The notes: generated by a model from the letters alone, not told the origin. DNA of 64,000 nucleotides from an uncultured delta proteobacterium (GCA_963840855.1 CAWJBB010000041.1:128001-192000), one strand, 5' to 3'. Shown: positions 1-9,580, counted from the stretch's first letter. Numbers and translations: made by a program.

Positions 1-286
1 GCATCACCCTGTGCCGGATATATGCCTGTACGATCTCGGCGATGGCCGGCTCAATGGGCAAGAGCGGCAGGTCACGAACGAGGGCAAGTCGCTGCGCACT
101 GCGCTCCGGTATACCGCCGGTTAGCTCGTCCAGCACGGCTGGGCTGGTAACCAGCTCATAGCGGTCGGGCGCGCCTTCCCACCACTGCCGCGTCCACTCC
201 CGGCGCGCCACGATATCAGGAGCGGACCGCGCTTCGTGGTAAAAGCTAGGGATCGTCGTCTCAACGTAAACGCGAGGTTTAGGCAT
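1..286 (-). CDS. PIN-domain (VapC-like) protein, runs off the window start
   Basis: Manual translation from ATG at 286: MPKPRVYVETTIPSFYHEARSAPDIVARREWTRQWW...YELVTSPAVLDEL. The VYxETT and TSxxVLxE pattern matches PIN toxins. Not in the ORF track. Confidence 0.75.
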   Translation of the reverse strand, partial: MPKPRVYVETTIPSFYHEARSAPDIVARREWTRQWWEGAPDRYELVTSPAVLDELTGGIPERSAQRLALVRDLPLLPIEPAIAEIVQAYIRHRVM

Positions 287-556
287 TGTTGATAAGATAC
301 CGCACTTAATCTGCAAGGAACAGGGCTAATAAGCCGGAAAAATCATAGAGCGCGCATAGATGAATAATCGGAGGTGTCGCTGTGAGAGGCTGGCCGGTTA
401 TCCACTTTGGGGCAGATGCTTTCGCTCATGAGGAAACCTTATTCGTCACACCCAAAATGCGCGCGCAAGATTGAGATTCCGGTTATTGGTTGTAAAAGTT
501 TCCGCCGTAAGTTTTAATACTCGTGTCCTGCCGAAGTTGTTGAAATCAAACATTGC

Positions 557-644
557 GGAGGGGTGGGAGAGCGGTTTAATCCACCGGTCTTGAAAACCGG
601 CGTCCATTCGTGGACCGCGAGTTCAAATCTCGCCCCCTCCGCCA
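557..644 (+). tRNA. tRNA-Ser (anticodon TGA)
   Basis: Acceptor stem GGAGGGG/CCCCTCC, discriminator G plus CCA, anticodon arm CCGGT-CTTGAAA-ACCGG, long variable arm GTCCA-TTCG-TGGAC, T arm GCGAG-TTCAAAT-CTCGC. Confidence 0.97.
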
Positions 645-870
645 ATTTTCAATACTGTCGCCCGTTGAATGCTACTTCCGGCAGAAGCGGTTTTCCGGAG
701 AAGCCTTTCCGTTTGCATTCTGCGTAGCTCGCCTGAAACCGAGTTTCGGGTACCCAGCACCCGCGGCTTATCTTAATGCGATCTTCTCCTCAGTTTCCTC
801 GCATGCCTCCCGTAGCGGTTTTCCTGTTACGAATGTAAAGAAACAAGACTTGACCCTCGGCGGCCATTTT
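585..870 (+). repeat. 286-bp direct repeat copy 1 (tRNA 3' part plus 226-bp island left arm)
   Basis: Near-identical to 2468-2753 (offset 1883, a few substitutions). Confidence 0.95.
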
Positions 871-1042
871 TAGCGATAACTCCCTGTTTTTTTGGCTTTT
901 GCGTTTTTTCACTCCCTGAATTATTTTTCATGAATTGCAGAAAAGCGGTCTTTTTGCAGGCGAATTGATAAATGAATTGATAAATGGGACGGGTCAACGT
1001 GTCCACGAGCGCCGTCTAACCATCTCTAGAGAGAGGGCAAAC

Positions 1043-1669
1043 ATGCTTAAACAGTTTTGGCAATGGCTCAAGGGAAACCTAGCCTATGACGTCACCAAGT
1101 ACGTACTGGAGTCGAAACTAATCATGTCGGCGATTAGTGCGGGCGTCGCTGGATTTATTGTTGTCTGGAATAACTATGGTCCTTTGGTTCTTTTTTTTGC
1201 CATTCTTCTTGCCGCTAGCCTGGCAGCTAACCTCGCTAGTGATATTAGCGCCTGGCGAAAGGCCATAGTGCGTGGCAAGCGTCACTATTTAGTTCCGGCG
1301 ATACTGCTCGGAATCGGCTTGATAGGTTTGTGGTATTGGGGCGGCGGTTATGAAGTCACTCTTGACCAGGCAATGCCTAATCATTCGGCGCTTTTCAGAC
1401 AGTGGAATGCCATACCGCTGACGGAGGTCGACCAGAGAGTCTTCCATAAGACCACGGTCGTTCTTGACGGTAAGCGTTTCAAGAAAGATTGCGTCTTCGA
1501 CAATGTGCAGTTTGTTTTCAACGGTACCGCGCCATACAAGGTCGGTGGCTGTAGGATCATGGGTAAAAACTCCATCTCGACAGGGAATCCCTCGTTGGAG
1601 CAATTTGCAATTTTGTTTTTGCAATTACGTTTTTACAACCCAGGGGTTTCGCGCGAATTACTCAAGTAG
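1043..1669 (+). CDS. hypothetical membrane protein (island 1 cargo)
   Basis: ATG 1043 preceded by GAGAGGG. About three hydrophobic segments followed by a soluble C-terminal domain. Lower GC than core genes. Confidence 0.6.
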   Translation: MLKQFWQWLKGNLAYDVTKYVLESKLIMSAISAGVAGFIVVWNNYGPLVLFFAILLAASLAANLASDISAWRKAIVRGKRHYLVPAILLGIGLIGLWYWGGGYEVTLDQAMPNHSALFRQWNAIPLTEVDQRVFHKTTVVLDGKRFKKDCVFDNVQFVFNGTAPYKVGGCRIMGKNSISTGNPSLEQFAILFLQLRFYNPGVSRELLK

Positions 1670-2079
1670 GGTGTTTCATCGAAACAAACGCCACGCCACG
1701 GAACGAAGCGCCGATAAGCAGCAACCGCACTTCGCGCAAGTAGGCTGGCTTTTCAGGAATTTTTCTTTGGAAATTCTGTTCATATCGTGGGTGGATTGGT
1801 GCATCTATATCGCCAGGCAAGGCGACCGGTCAAGCGAAAAAGTGGATGGTGCTCGGCGGGTCATTCGGACCTGCTGCTGGCTGAGGGCTAGTATGCTTCC
1901 TGACTTCCGGTCTATATCGTCCAGCGGGCGAACGGTCAAGGGACTCCTGCGCTTTCGGCCTCTTCCATGGTAAAATTATAGAATCTTTGCTGCGGGCGGA
2001 GGAGGTTGGGGATGAGTAACAACGTGGAAATAATTGGGTTGCCGCTTCAGTCGATTCTGGTGATGGGCGAGGCGATACG

Positions 2080-2290
2080 ATGAGCAGCATCAAGGCAACC
2101 TGCAAAGCAGCCACCAGCATCGAGCTGGCAGAACTTCAGCCGCTCCAAGGAAACCTGAAGGAATTGTCCCTCGCGGCGACGTGAACCTTTGCCCCGACAT
2201 CGACCGACTGTGCTATGAGTGTCTCGTCAAAGCATTCAGCGCCCGACTTATCGTGCATCCAGCCGAGCCGTCAGGCGAGCCTACGTGTTG
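2080..2290 (+). pseudogene. fused remnant: phage ParB-like N-terminal fragment joined out of frame to a Cys-motif gene fragment
   Basis: MSSIKATCKAATSIELAELQPLQGNLKELS resembles the start of phage ParB-like proteins (from memory). A second frame reads IVPRGDVNLCPDIDRLCYECLVKAFS. Confidence 0.45.
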
Positions 2291-2467
2291 CCGTTAGCTC
2301 AAAAGCTGCTTGGTTTCGGCAGTACAACCGTAGTACAAAACGCGTGTTGGAATGAGCCTATCTGTGGCGGAATGGGGAAACATGAAAGCGAAGGGAAAGC
2401 GCAAGAAAAACAGACGTTTAGAGCTTAAATCGTTATTTCTCATGCGCTTACGATACCCCTAGATAAG

Positions 2468-2753
2468 CGGTCTTGAAAACCGGCGTCCATTCGTGGACCG
2501 CGAGTTCAAATCTCGCCCCCTCCGCCAATTTTCAATACTGTCACCCGTTCAATGCTACATCCGGCAGAAGCGGTTTTCCGGCGAAGCCTTTCCGTTTGCA
2601 TTCTGCGTAGCTCGCCTGAAACCGAGTTTCGGGTACCCAGCAGCCGCGGCTTATCTTAATGCGATCTTCTCCTCAGTTTCCTAGCATGCCTCCCGTAGTG
2701 GTTTTCCTGTTACGAATGTAAAGAAACAGGACTTGACCCTCGGCGGCCATTTT
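2468..2753 (+). repeat. 286-bp direct repeat copy 2 (att junction between islands 1 and 2)
   Basis: tRNA 3' 60 nt from CGGTCTTGAAA to CCGCCA plus the same downstream arm as 645-870. Confidence 0.95.
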
Positions 2754-2968
2754 GTCGGAAGCGCGACCTTTCGTTACCGCATGGGCGTCGACTCCGGCAA
2801 CTACCAGGTGACATCGAGCGTTGTCATCAATTCAGGCCCGTCTATCGTCGATGTATTGAACTACGGGCGGTTCACCGACTTTTCCTTCAGCGCTGCTAAC
2901 TCCCAAGTGCCGACGTACTATATATTTGGAGAACCGATACGGTAATTAACCGACAAACATGAAAATGT

Positions 2969-3388
2969 CTAGCTGACCAATTCTAAGAAGTGTGGCCCTT
3001 CTTTGAACCGAGGATTGTTCCTAATCATATCGCGAGCTACGTCAAAAAAATCGCTCGGCCCGTAAACGAACCTATGCGAAAAGGCGACCTGGAGTGAATT
3101 GAGATTAAGCACGTTGTCAGGATTCATATTTATCGGTGTTCCATCTGTCATCCCAGCAATGAACTGTTCAATTAGAGCATCTCGTTGACCGAGCATTGTT
3201 TTAACTTCTGGACGAACTCCCCGCAATTCGACGTAGCGCTCATAGGCTTTAGTGAACTCTTCTTCATGACTTGGGCAAAGAATTCCAAGAGAGAACTTAG
3301 CACTAAGCGGCATGTAAATTTCGATACCTTCAACACCCAAACCAAGATTTCCGGCGAGCCCAAACGTTTTTTTGTTGGTGCCGAACAT
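2969..3388 (-). pseudogene. DUF4238-like protein, C-terminal fragment
   Basis: GLGVEGIEIYMPLSAKFSL...NLNSLQVAFSHRFVY resembles the DUF4238 C-terminal half. The N-terminal part is absent. Confidence 0.55.
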
Positions 3389-3491
3389 TATGGTGGGAAA
3401 TGTTCATCGGTTCCCTGTGGATCAGGTGATTACTTGGCTGCAAGGTGCGTGCGGTTAGGCACTTCTAAGGTAAGTTCCCGGCAGCTCGTGA

Positions 3492-4184
3492 TTACTGGAG
3501 TGCGCGGTTTGAGGTTCTCGTAGTGCCACTCTTACCGGGAAAGTCTTCAAACAATGTCTTGATCATTGTAGGTAACACAACCGACACCTGCTCGCTTGAA
3601 CCGCTGCTAACGACTTTCCCTTCATAAAGTTTCTTCATCTTGCTCTCAGCGAGCGCGTTCTTATCAAGCAGTTCAAACGTCAAAAACCGCGTGTAATGAG
3701 TTTGGGAAGTGACGCCGCTACCGACAACGCCGTACGTAGGCGTATAGGTGGTGCTTCCAGAATAGGTGCCAAAAGTCCCGTAGTTTTGAACAGTTCCGTA
3801 GGTTGTGCTTGAGGATACGCCGGTTTGGCCAAATATCGGATAGGACGAAACGACCTGCTTACCCGTATCAATCCCATAGGAAAAGACAACGATCAAGTCA
3901 GCCTCTGCTGATGGGGTCTCCTTGAAACCTTTTGCATCTAGTTCTTGCCTGACAACATTTTCGTAGGATCGATGTTCAAGACTATGCTCCTGTTCTTTCA
4001 ACGGAATCATTGCATAAGTGGTTCCAGCAAAGCCCTGTGGAAGATCATGAAAGACCACAACTTGAGAGCGTACCATCGTACAACCCGATTGCACTACTAT
4101 CAGAAATATCGCTACTAACAGAGTCCTCGCAGTGGCACTCTGCTGGCCGGAGCAGTCCAGCGTGATTCCGGGTAGTTTTCTCAT
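3492..4184 (-). CDS. DUF4136-like lipoprotein
   Basis: Hydrophobic stretch ending in lipobox-like QSGC, then LDAKGF...ADLIVVFSY and a terminal FEDFPG motif. Confidence 0.7.
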   Translation of the reverse strand: MRKLPGITLDCSGQQSATARTLLVAIFLIVVQSGCTMVRSQVVVFHDLPQGFAGTTYAMIPLKEQEHSLEHRSYENVVRQELDAKGFKETPSAEADLIVVFSYGIDTGKQVVSSYPIFGQTGVSSSTTYGTVQNYGTFGTYSGSTTYTPTYGVVGSGVTSQTHYTRFLTFELLDKNALAESKMKKLYEGKVVSSGSSEQVSVVLPTMIKTLFEDFPGKSGTTRTSNRALQ

Positions 4185-4396
4185 AGTCTCCTCTAGGGTG
4201 AAAACTGGAAACCTTCTATCACTACACCGTAGCGGCGGTCAATTGCATAATGAATAAGAGACAGAGGGGTGCGACCGCGATGTCATCTGCAACCAGCCAC
4301 GCAGTAGCACCCACAACCCGCCTGCGACAGTGAGAATTCCGACAGTAATGATTTCTTTATAGTCCAGCCATGTCTCCATTTGTGGGACTGATGCTT

Positions 4397-4797
4397 TCAC
4401 CTAACCATATCCACCGCGCGTGCTACGAGGCGCGTTTTGTCTTCGCCGCCTTTCAGACATTCCTTGTTCCAGATTCGAGCGAATCCAGGGTTGTTTTCAC
4501 TCGTGCTCATTTTGTCCTTGGTGATGACGGCGTTACCGCGCGTCATGCCTCCAAAGCCGTTTTGACTCCGATACTGATAGCAAACGACTTTCTCTTTAGG
4601 CATGATGTTGACGCTTTCAAGTTTGAAACTGTCAGGGTTTCGCATTGCATCGCGCAGGGTGAGCGCACCTGCTGTAGCCCATTGGAAGTCCTCATTTTCC
4701 TTGATCTGAGCCTGGTTTTAGGCTGTTGCCGCTCTGAGCAATTTCCGACGATCACGAGCAACACCACGACGCCGAATAAAAACGCCAATAACTTCAT
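4397..4797 (-). pseudogene. small exported protein, frameshifted
   Basis: Signal-like MKLLAFLFGVVVLL in one frame and MRNPDSFKLESV...VCYQYRSQNGFGGM in another. Confidence 0.55.
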
Positions 4798-5033
4798 AAT
4801 TCACCGCTTTCTAGTGGGAGAGGGACTCTAGGCTTATTGTGCGGTGGCTTTGCCCTCCAATTCTCCGACCCTACCACAGCGCCAAAAAATTCCTCCGCGA
4901 GCCTGGCGAGGTCTCGCAGCGGGGTTCCAGCGGCGATCTCTTTTTGAATTCGGCGGCCCGCTTGTGGATCACCCTTAGAGTAGGCCGCGTAGTCCAACGC
5001 GGCGATTTGCTCGCTGTTGTAAGTTTTCAACAT
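4794..5033 (-). CDS. hypothetical protein
   Basis: 79-aa ORF with GAGGAG upstream. Its stop overlaps the next start (ATGA). Confidence 0.5.
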   Translation of the reverse strand: MLKTYNSEQIAALDYAAYSKGDPQAGRRIQKEIAAGTPLRDLARLAEEFFGAVVGSENWRAKPPHNKPRVPLPLESGEL

Positions 5034-5184
5034 CGGTTTTACTCCTCCTCGTCGGCTTCGTCGGCTTCAAGTTTAGCTAGTTTCTGTCGCGAAACTCGCA
5101 ACTCACTGCTAAATCAAGAAGTTTTTACTTCTTAGCTTCATTTTTTACTTGACAAGCATGTATGCCTTATGGCACACATAGAAC

Positions 5185-5565
5185 ATGTCGCGCAAAACTG
5201 AAACTGCCGCCGATGTCGAGCAATGGTTCCAAAAACAAGCCGCAGGGCTGTGGCCGGCTGCGCTGGGGTCGTTGAGCCTGCGGCGAAGTCCCTGCGTGCG
5301 CGAACACTGCGCAGCCTGCCGCTCGGGCGAACAGCACCCCAGTCATATCCTATACGTGCGCATTAAAGGACGCCGCTTTGCGGTTTACATCCCAGAGCCA
5401 TTGGTCCCAGAGATACGGCTTAGCCTCGACAACGGCCGTGTTCTTCAGGAGCTGCTGCATCAAACCGCTCTTCGATATACCAAAGCCCTCAAGCATCAAA
5501 GGACCACAAAGATTCAAAAGATCAACCATGACAAGAGTCGTCGAACCGCAAGTCAGCTTCGCTGA
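5185..5565 (+). CDS. DUF6788-like IS accessory protein (C-terminus altered by a 1-nt deletion relative to copy 2)
   Basis: GSLSLRRSPCVREHCAACRSGEQHP Cys/His motif directly upstream of the transposase. Confidence 0.75.
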   Translation: MSRKTETAADVEQWFQKQAAGLWPAALGSLSLRRSPCVREHCAACRSGEQHPSHILYVRIKGRRFAVYIPEPLVPEIRLSLDNGRVLQELLHQTALRYTKALKHQRTTKIQKINHDKSRRTASQLR

Positions 5566-6946
5566 TCTGGAATTTCTCACTCAGGGGATCGATCTCGACC
5601 CGATTCTCAAGAGGATGTCCGACTTCCTCGATTATCGGCCACAGATCATCGAGCCGGTGCGCCAAGATCTTCAGCTGGGTCTGAAAAAGCCTGCCACCGG
5701 CCGCACAGCCATGACCCCGGCGCAGGTGCTTCGGTCGCTGATCCTGATGCGAGTGAAGAACTGGGACTATCGGGAACTCAGCGAACGAATCGCTGACGGA
5801 TACACGTTGCGCCGATTCACGGGTTTTTACAGCCGGCGCGTACCCAAGCATGACGCTTTCAATCGGGCCTTTAATAAACTGCACCCCAAAACCATACAAG
5901 CCATCAATGACTTGGTCCTTAAAGCTGCCGTCGATCTGGGACTGGAGGACGGCAAGAGACTGCGCGTCGATACGACGGTCACCGAAACCGATATCCATCA
6001 TCCAACCGATAATACTTTGCTCTGGGATGTAGTGCGCGTCCTGACGCGGCTCATCGATCGTCTCGGAAAACTTCTTCCCAATGGGATCGATAACTTTACT
6101 AACCGCACACGCTGTGCACGCCGTCGCATGCAAGAGATCCAACGCATGACAGCGAGGCAACGCCACACCCAGCAAAAGGGTAAATATCGCCAACTCATCG
6201 GGACCACCGAGCAGGTCGTCCAAAATGCCCGAGGGGTGCTCGAAAAGACCAAAGATCAATGCGCTGTTGACCTGCTGGACGACATTATCATTAGCGAGCT
6301 TCGAAGAAAGATCGATCACTACTGCCAACTCGGCACCCGCGTCATCGATCAGAGCAGCCGGCGCGTGCTCAAGGGAGAGCAGGTTCCAACCGAGGAGAAA
6401 ATCTACTCGATCTTTGAACCCCACAGTGATCTGATCAAGCGGGGGAAAGTACAAAAGCCGATGGAGTTTGGCCACAAGATCTTTCTCGCTGAAAGTGCCC
6501 GCGGTTTGATCACCCAGTACCGCGTGCTTGAAGGTAATCCCTCCGATCACATCCACGTCACGCCGTCGCTGAAGCGTCATCAGGAGACTTTCGGTTTGGC
6601 TCCCGATTGGTACACTGGTGACCGCGGCTTTTTCAGCGCTGCGAACATCAAAGCATGCCAGGATAGCACTGTGAAGCTCGTCTGCATTCCGCAGTGCGGT
6701 GGCAAAAGGACCTCCCAACGCGAAGCGCTCGAAAAGAGCTCAGAGTTCAAGAAAGGACAACGCTTCCGCGCAGGCATTGAGGGCCGCATATCCGTGCTCT
6801 TTCGCGGCCGCGGCATGAAGCGCTGTTTGGCCGAGGGACCTGAGCGCTTTGAGATGTTGGTCGGCGCCGCTGTGCTTACCAACAACCTCATGAACATCGC
6901 TCACCTGTTAAACCAAAAGAACAAACGGCTACGACGAGCGGCGTAG
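5528..6946 (+). CDS. DDE transposase (IS5-like/ISNCY)
   Basis: LRVDTTVTETDIHHPTD, EFGHK, GDRGF and RAGIEGRISVL motifs. Start set by comparison with copy 2. Confidence 0.93.
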   Translation: MTRVVEPQVSFADLEFLTQGIDLDPILKRMSDFLDYRPQIIEPVRQDLQLGLKKPATGRTAMTPAQVLRSLILMRVKNWDYRELSERIADGYTLRRFTGFYSRRVPKHDAFNRAFNKLHPKTIQAINDLVLKAAVDLGLEDGKRLRVDTTVTETDIHHPTDNTLLWDVVRVLTRLIDRLGKLLPNGIDNFTNRTRCARRRMQEIQRMTARQRHTQQKGKYRQLIGTTEQVVQNARGVLEKTKDQCAVDLLDDIIISELRRKIDHYCQLGTRVIDQSSRRVLKGEQVPTEEKIYSIFEPHSDLIKRGKVQKPMEFGHKIFLAESARGLITQYRVLEGNPSDHIHVTPSLKRHQETFGLAPDWYTGDRGFFSAANIKACQDSTVKLVCIPQCGGKRTSQREALEKSSEFKKGQRFRAGIEGRISVLFRGRGMKRCLAEGPERFEMLVGAAVLTNNLMNIAHLLNQKNKRLRRAA

Positions 6947-7248
6947 CCACTGTCGCTCTCAAACGTTCATTCGACGCTCCCTGGGCGTAGTCTTTTCTGC
7001 CATCACTGCGCGGTCCATCGAACACCCCACACGACTCTTTGCTGTCCACTTTCAGCTCAAAATGATAGAACTATGTCAGAGAAAAAACTTGGCCCATGTC
7101 GCACCCGTAAGATTTTTGCGAGTTTCGCGACAGAAACTAGCTAGTTTCTGTCGCGAAACTCGCAACTCACTGCTAAATCAAGAATTTTTTACTTCTTAGT
7201 TTCATTTTTTACTTGACAAGCATGTATGCCTTATGGCACACATAGAAC

Positions 7249-7596
7249 ATGTCGCGCAAAACTGAAACTGCCGCCGATGTCGAGCAATGGTTCCAAAAAC
7301 AAGCCGCAGGGCTGTGGCCGGCTGCGCTGGGGTCGTTGAGCCTGCGGCGAAGTCCCTGCGTGCGCGAACACTGCGCAGCCTGCCGTTCGGGCGAACAGCA
7401 CCCCAGTCATATCCTATACGTGCGCATTAAAGGACGCCGCTTTGCGATTTACATCCCAGAGCCATTGGTCCCAGAGATACGGCTTAGCCTCGACAACGGC
7501 CGTGTTCTTCAGGAGCTGCTGCATCAAACCGCTCTTCGATATACCAAAGCCCTCAAGCATCAAAGGACCACAAAGATTCAAAAGATCAAACCATGA
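7249..7596 (+). CDS. DUF6788-like IS accessory protein
   Basis: 115 aa. Its stop overlaps the transposase start (ATGA). Confidence 0.8.
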   Translation: MSRKTETAADVEQWFQKQAAGLWPAALGSLSLRRSPCVREHCAACRSGEQHPSHILYVRIKGRRFAIYIPEPLVPEIRLSLDNGRVLQELLHQTALRYTKALKHQRTTKIQKIKP

Positions 7597-9011
7597 CAAG
7601 AGTCGTCGAGCCGCAAGTCAGCTTCGCTGATCTGGAATTTCTCACTCAGGGGATCGATCTCGACCCGATTCTCAAGAGGATGTCCGACTTCCTCGATTAT
7701 CGGCCACAGATCATCGAGCCGGTGCGCCAAGATCTTCAGCGGGGTCTGAAAAAGCCTGCCACCGGCCGCACAGCCATGACCCCGGCGCAGGTGCTTCGGT
7801 CGCTGATCCTGATGCGAGTGAAGAACTGGGACTATCGGGAACTCAGCGAACGAATCGCTGACGGATACACGCTGCGCCGATTCACGGGTTTTTACAGCCG
7901 GCGCGTACCCAAGCATGACGCTTTCAATCGGGCCTTTAATAAACTTCACCCCAAAACCATACAAGCCATCAATGACTTGGTCCTTAAAGCTGCCGTCGAT
8001 CTGGGACTGGAGGACGGCAAGAGACTGCGCGTCGATACGACGGTCACCGAAACCGATATCCATCATCCAACCGATAATACTTTGCTCTGGGATATAGTGC
8101 GCGTCCTGACGCGGCTCATCGATCGTCTCGGAAAACTTCTTCCCAATGGGATCGATAACTTTACTAACCGCACACGCTGTGCACGGCGTCGCATGCAAGA
8201 GATCCAACGCATGACAGCGAGGCAACGCCACACCCAGCAAAAGGGTAAATATCGCCAACTCATCGGGACCACCGAGCAGGTCGTCCAAAATGCCCGAGGG
8301 GTGCTCGAAAAGACCAAAGATCAATGCGCTGTTGACCTGATGGACGACATTATCATTAACGAGCTTCGAAGAAAGATCGATCACTACTGCCAACTCGGCA
8401 CCCGCGTCATCGATCAGAGCAGCCGACGCGTGCTCAAGGGAGAGCAGGTTCCAACCGAGGAGAAAATCTACTCGATCTTTGAACCCCACAGTGATCTGAT
8501 CAAGCGGGGGAAAGTACAAAAACCGATGGAGTTCGGCCACAAGATCTTTCTCGCTGAAAGTGCCCGCGGTTTGATCACCCAGTACCGCGTGCTTGAAGGT
8601 AATCCCTCCGATCACATCCACGTCACACCGTCGCTGAAGCGTCATCAGGAGACTTTCGGTTTGGCTCCCGATTGGTACAGTGGTGACCGCGGCTTTTTCA
8701 GCGCTGAGAACATCAAAGCATGCCAGGATAGCACTGTGAAGCTCGTCTGCATTCCGCAGTGCGGTGGCAAAAGAACCTCCCAACGCGAAGCGCTCGAAAA
8801 GAGCTCAGAGTTCAAGAAAGGACAACGCTTCCGCGCAGGCATTGAGGGCCGCATATCCGTGCTCTTTCGCGGCCGCGGCATGAAGCGCTGTCTGGCCGAG
8901 GGACCTGAGCGCTTTGAGGTGTTGGTCGGCGCCGCTGTGCTTACCAACAACCTCATGAACATCGCTCACCTGTTAAACCAAAAGAACAAACGGCTACGAC
9001 GAGCGGCGTAG
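7593..9011 (+). CDS. DDE transposase (IS5-like/ISNCY)
   Basis: 472-aa intact ORF with the same DDE motifs as copy 1. Confidence 0.93.
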   Translation: MTRVVEPQVSFADLEFLTQGIDLDPILKRMSDFLDYRPQIIEPVRQDLQRGLKKPATGRTAMTPAQVLRSLILMRVKNWDYRELSERIADGYTLRRFTGFYSRRVPKHDAFNRAFNKLHPKTIQAINDLVLKAAVDLGLEDGKRLRVDTTVTETDIHHPTDNTLLWDIVRVLTRLIDRLGKLLPNGIDNFTNRTRCARRRMQEIQRMTARQRHTQQKGKYRQLIGTTEQVVQNARGVLEKTKDQCAVDLMDDIIINELRRKIDHYCQLGTRVIDQSSRRVLKGEQVPTEEKIYSIFEPHSDLIKRGKVQKPMEFGHKIFLAESARGLITQYRVLEGNPSDHIHVTPSLKRHQETFGLAPDWYSGDRGFFSAENIKACQDSTVKLVCIPQCGGKRTSQREALEKSSEFKKGQRFRAGIEGRISVLFRGRGMKRCLAEGPERFEVLVGAAVLTNNLMNIAHLLNQKNKRLRRAA

Positions 9012-9343
9012 CCACTGTCGCTCTCAAACGTTCATTCGACGCTCCCTGGGCGTAGTCTTTTCTGCCATCACTGCGCGGTCCATCGAACACCCCACACGAC
9101 TCTTTGCTGTCCACTTTCAGCTCAAAATGATACAACTATGTCAGAGAAAAAACTTGACCCATGTCGCACCCGTAAGATTTTTTGCGAGTTTCGCGACAGA
9201 AACTAGCTAGGGCGTGCGCCATCCACGTGTTGCTTTCCGCGTCCAGCGCTTCTGCGATGGTCCCATTTTAAATTTTTGCTTTCTGAGCGTAGTTGAGCAA
9301 TTCAGGTGCCAGTTTTTTGCGCAACGGGTTTTTACAGGCAAAT

Positions 9344-9580
9344 ATGAAAACTGCGGGGCTACCACTATCGCCGCGCGGCTATAGCAAACTGGAAGGTCGT
9401 CGTAATCAACGCAGGAATGAGAAAGGGTTTTTCGTATCGCCGCACGGCGATAGCATTGTCCCTCGCGGCGACGTGAACCTCTGCCCCGACATTGAGCGTC
9501 TCTGCCACCGGTGCCTGGTGAAAGCATTCAGCAGCCGCGTGGTCGTGCGTCCGCCCGTGCCGGACGACGAGCCGACGTGA
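9344..9580 (+). CDS. small Cys-motif hypothetical protein (C-x6-C-x2-C)
   Basis: IVPRGDVNLCPDIERLCHRCLVKAFS is conserved at the protein level with 2163-2290 and 10968-11102. Confidence 0.5.
   Translation: MKTAGLPLSPRGYSKLEGRRNQRRNEKGFFVSPHGDSIVPRGDVNLCPDIERLCHRCLVKAFSSRVVVRPPVPDDEPT

Larger units (their letters stand above)
585..2527. mobile_element. tRNA-Ser-integrated island 1 (~1.9 kb, no integrase seen)
   Basis: Bounded by the tRNA 3' part at 585-644 and its copy at 2468-2527. Confidence 0.8.
5080..7137 (+). mobile_element. insertion sequence copy 1 (IS5-like/ISNCY DDE type)
   Basis: Perfect 22-bp terminal inverted repeats GTTTCTGTCGCGAAACTCGCAA, flanked by TAGCTA at 5074-5079 and 7138-7143. 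Confidence 0.95.
7144..9203 (+). mobile_element. insertion sequence copy 2, tandem with copy 1
   Basis: Same inverted repeats, followed by TAGCTA at 9204-9209. About two dozen differences from copy 1 counted by eye. Confidence 0.95.

Noticed and set aside
557-644. Possible tRNA-Sec, given the TGA triplet and the selenoprotein candidate
   Set aside because: The anticodon is TGA (reads UCA, Ser). tRNA-Sec needs TCA and a longer acceptor stem.
610-873. ORFs 610-873, 2493-2684 and 12479-12829
   Set aside because: They overlap the tRNA or att copies, and the duplicate copy has an earlier stop. Likely spurious.
5522-8783. Long antisense ORFs 5522-6718 and 7578-8783
   Set aside because: Shadows of the transposase genes with no recognisable motifs.
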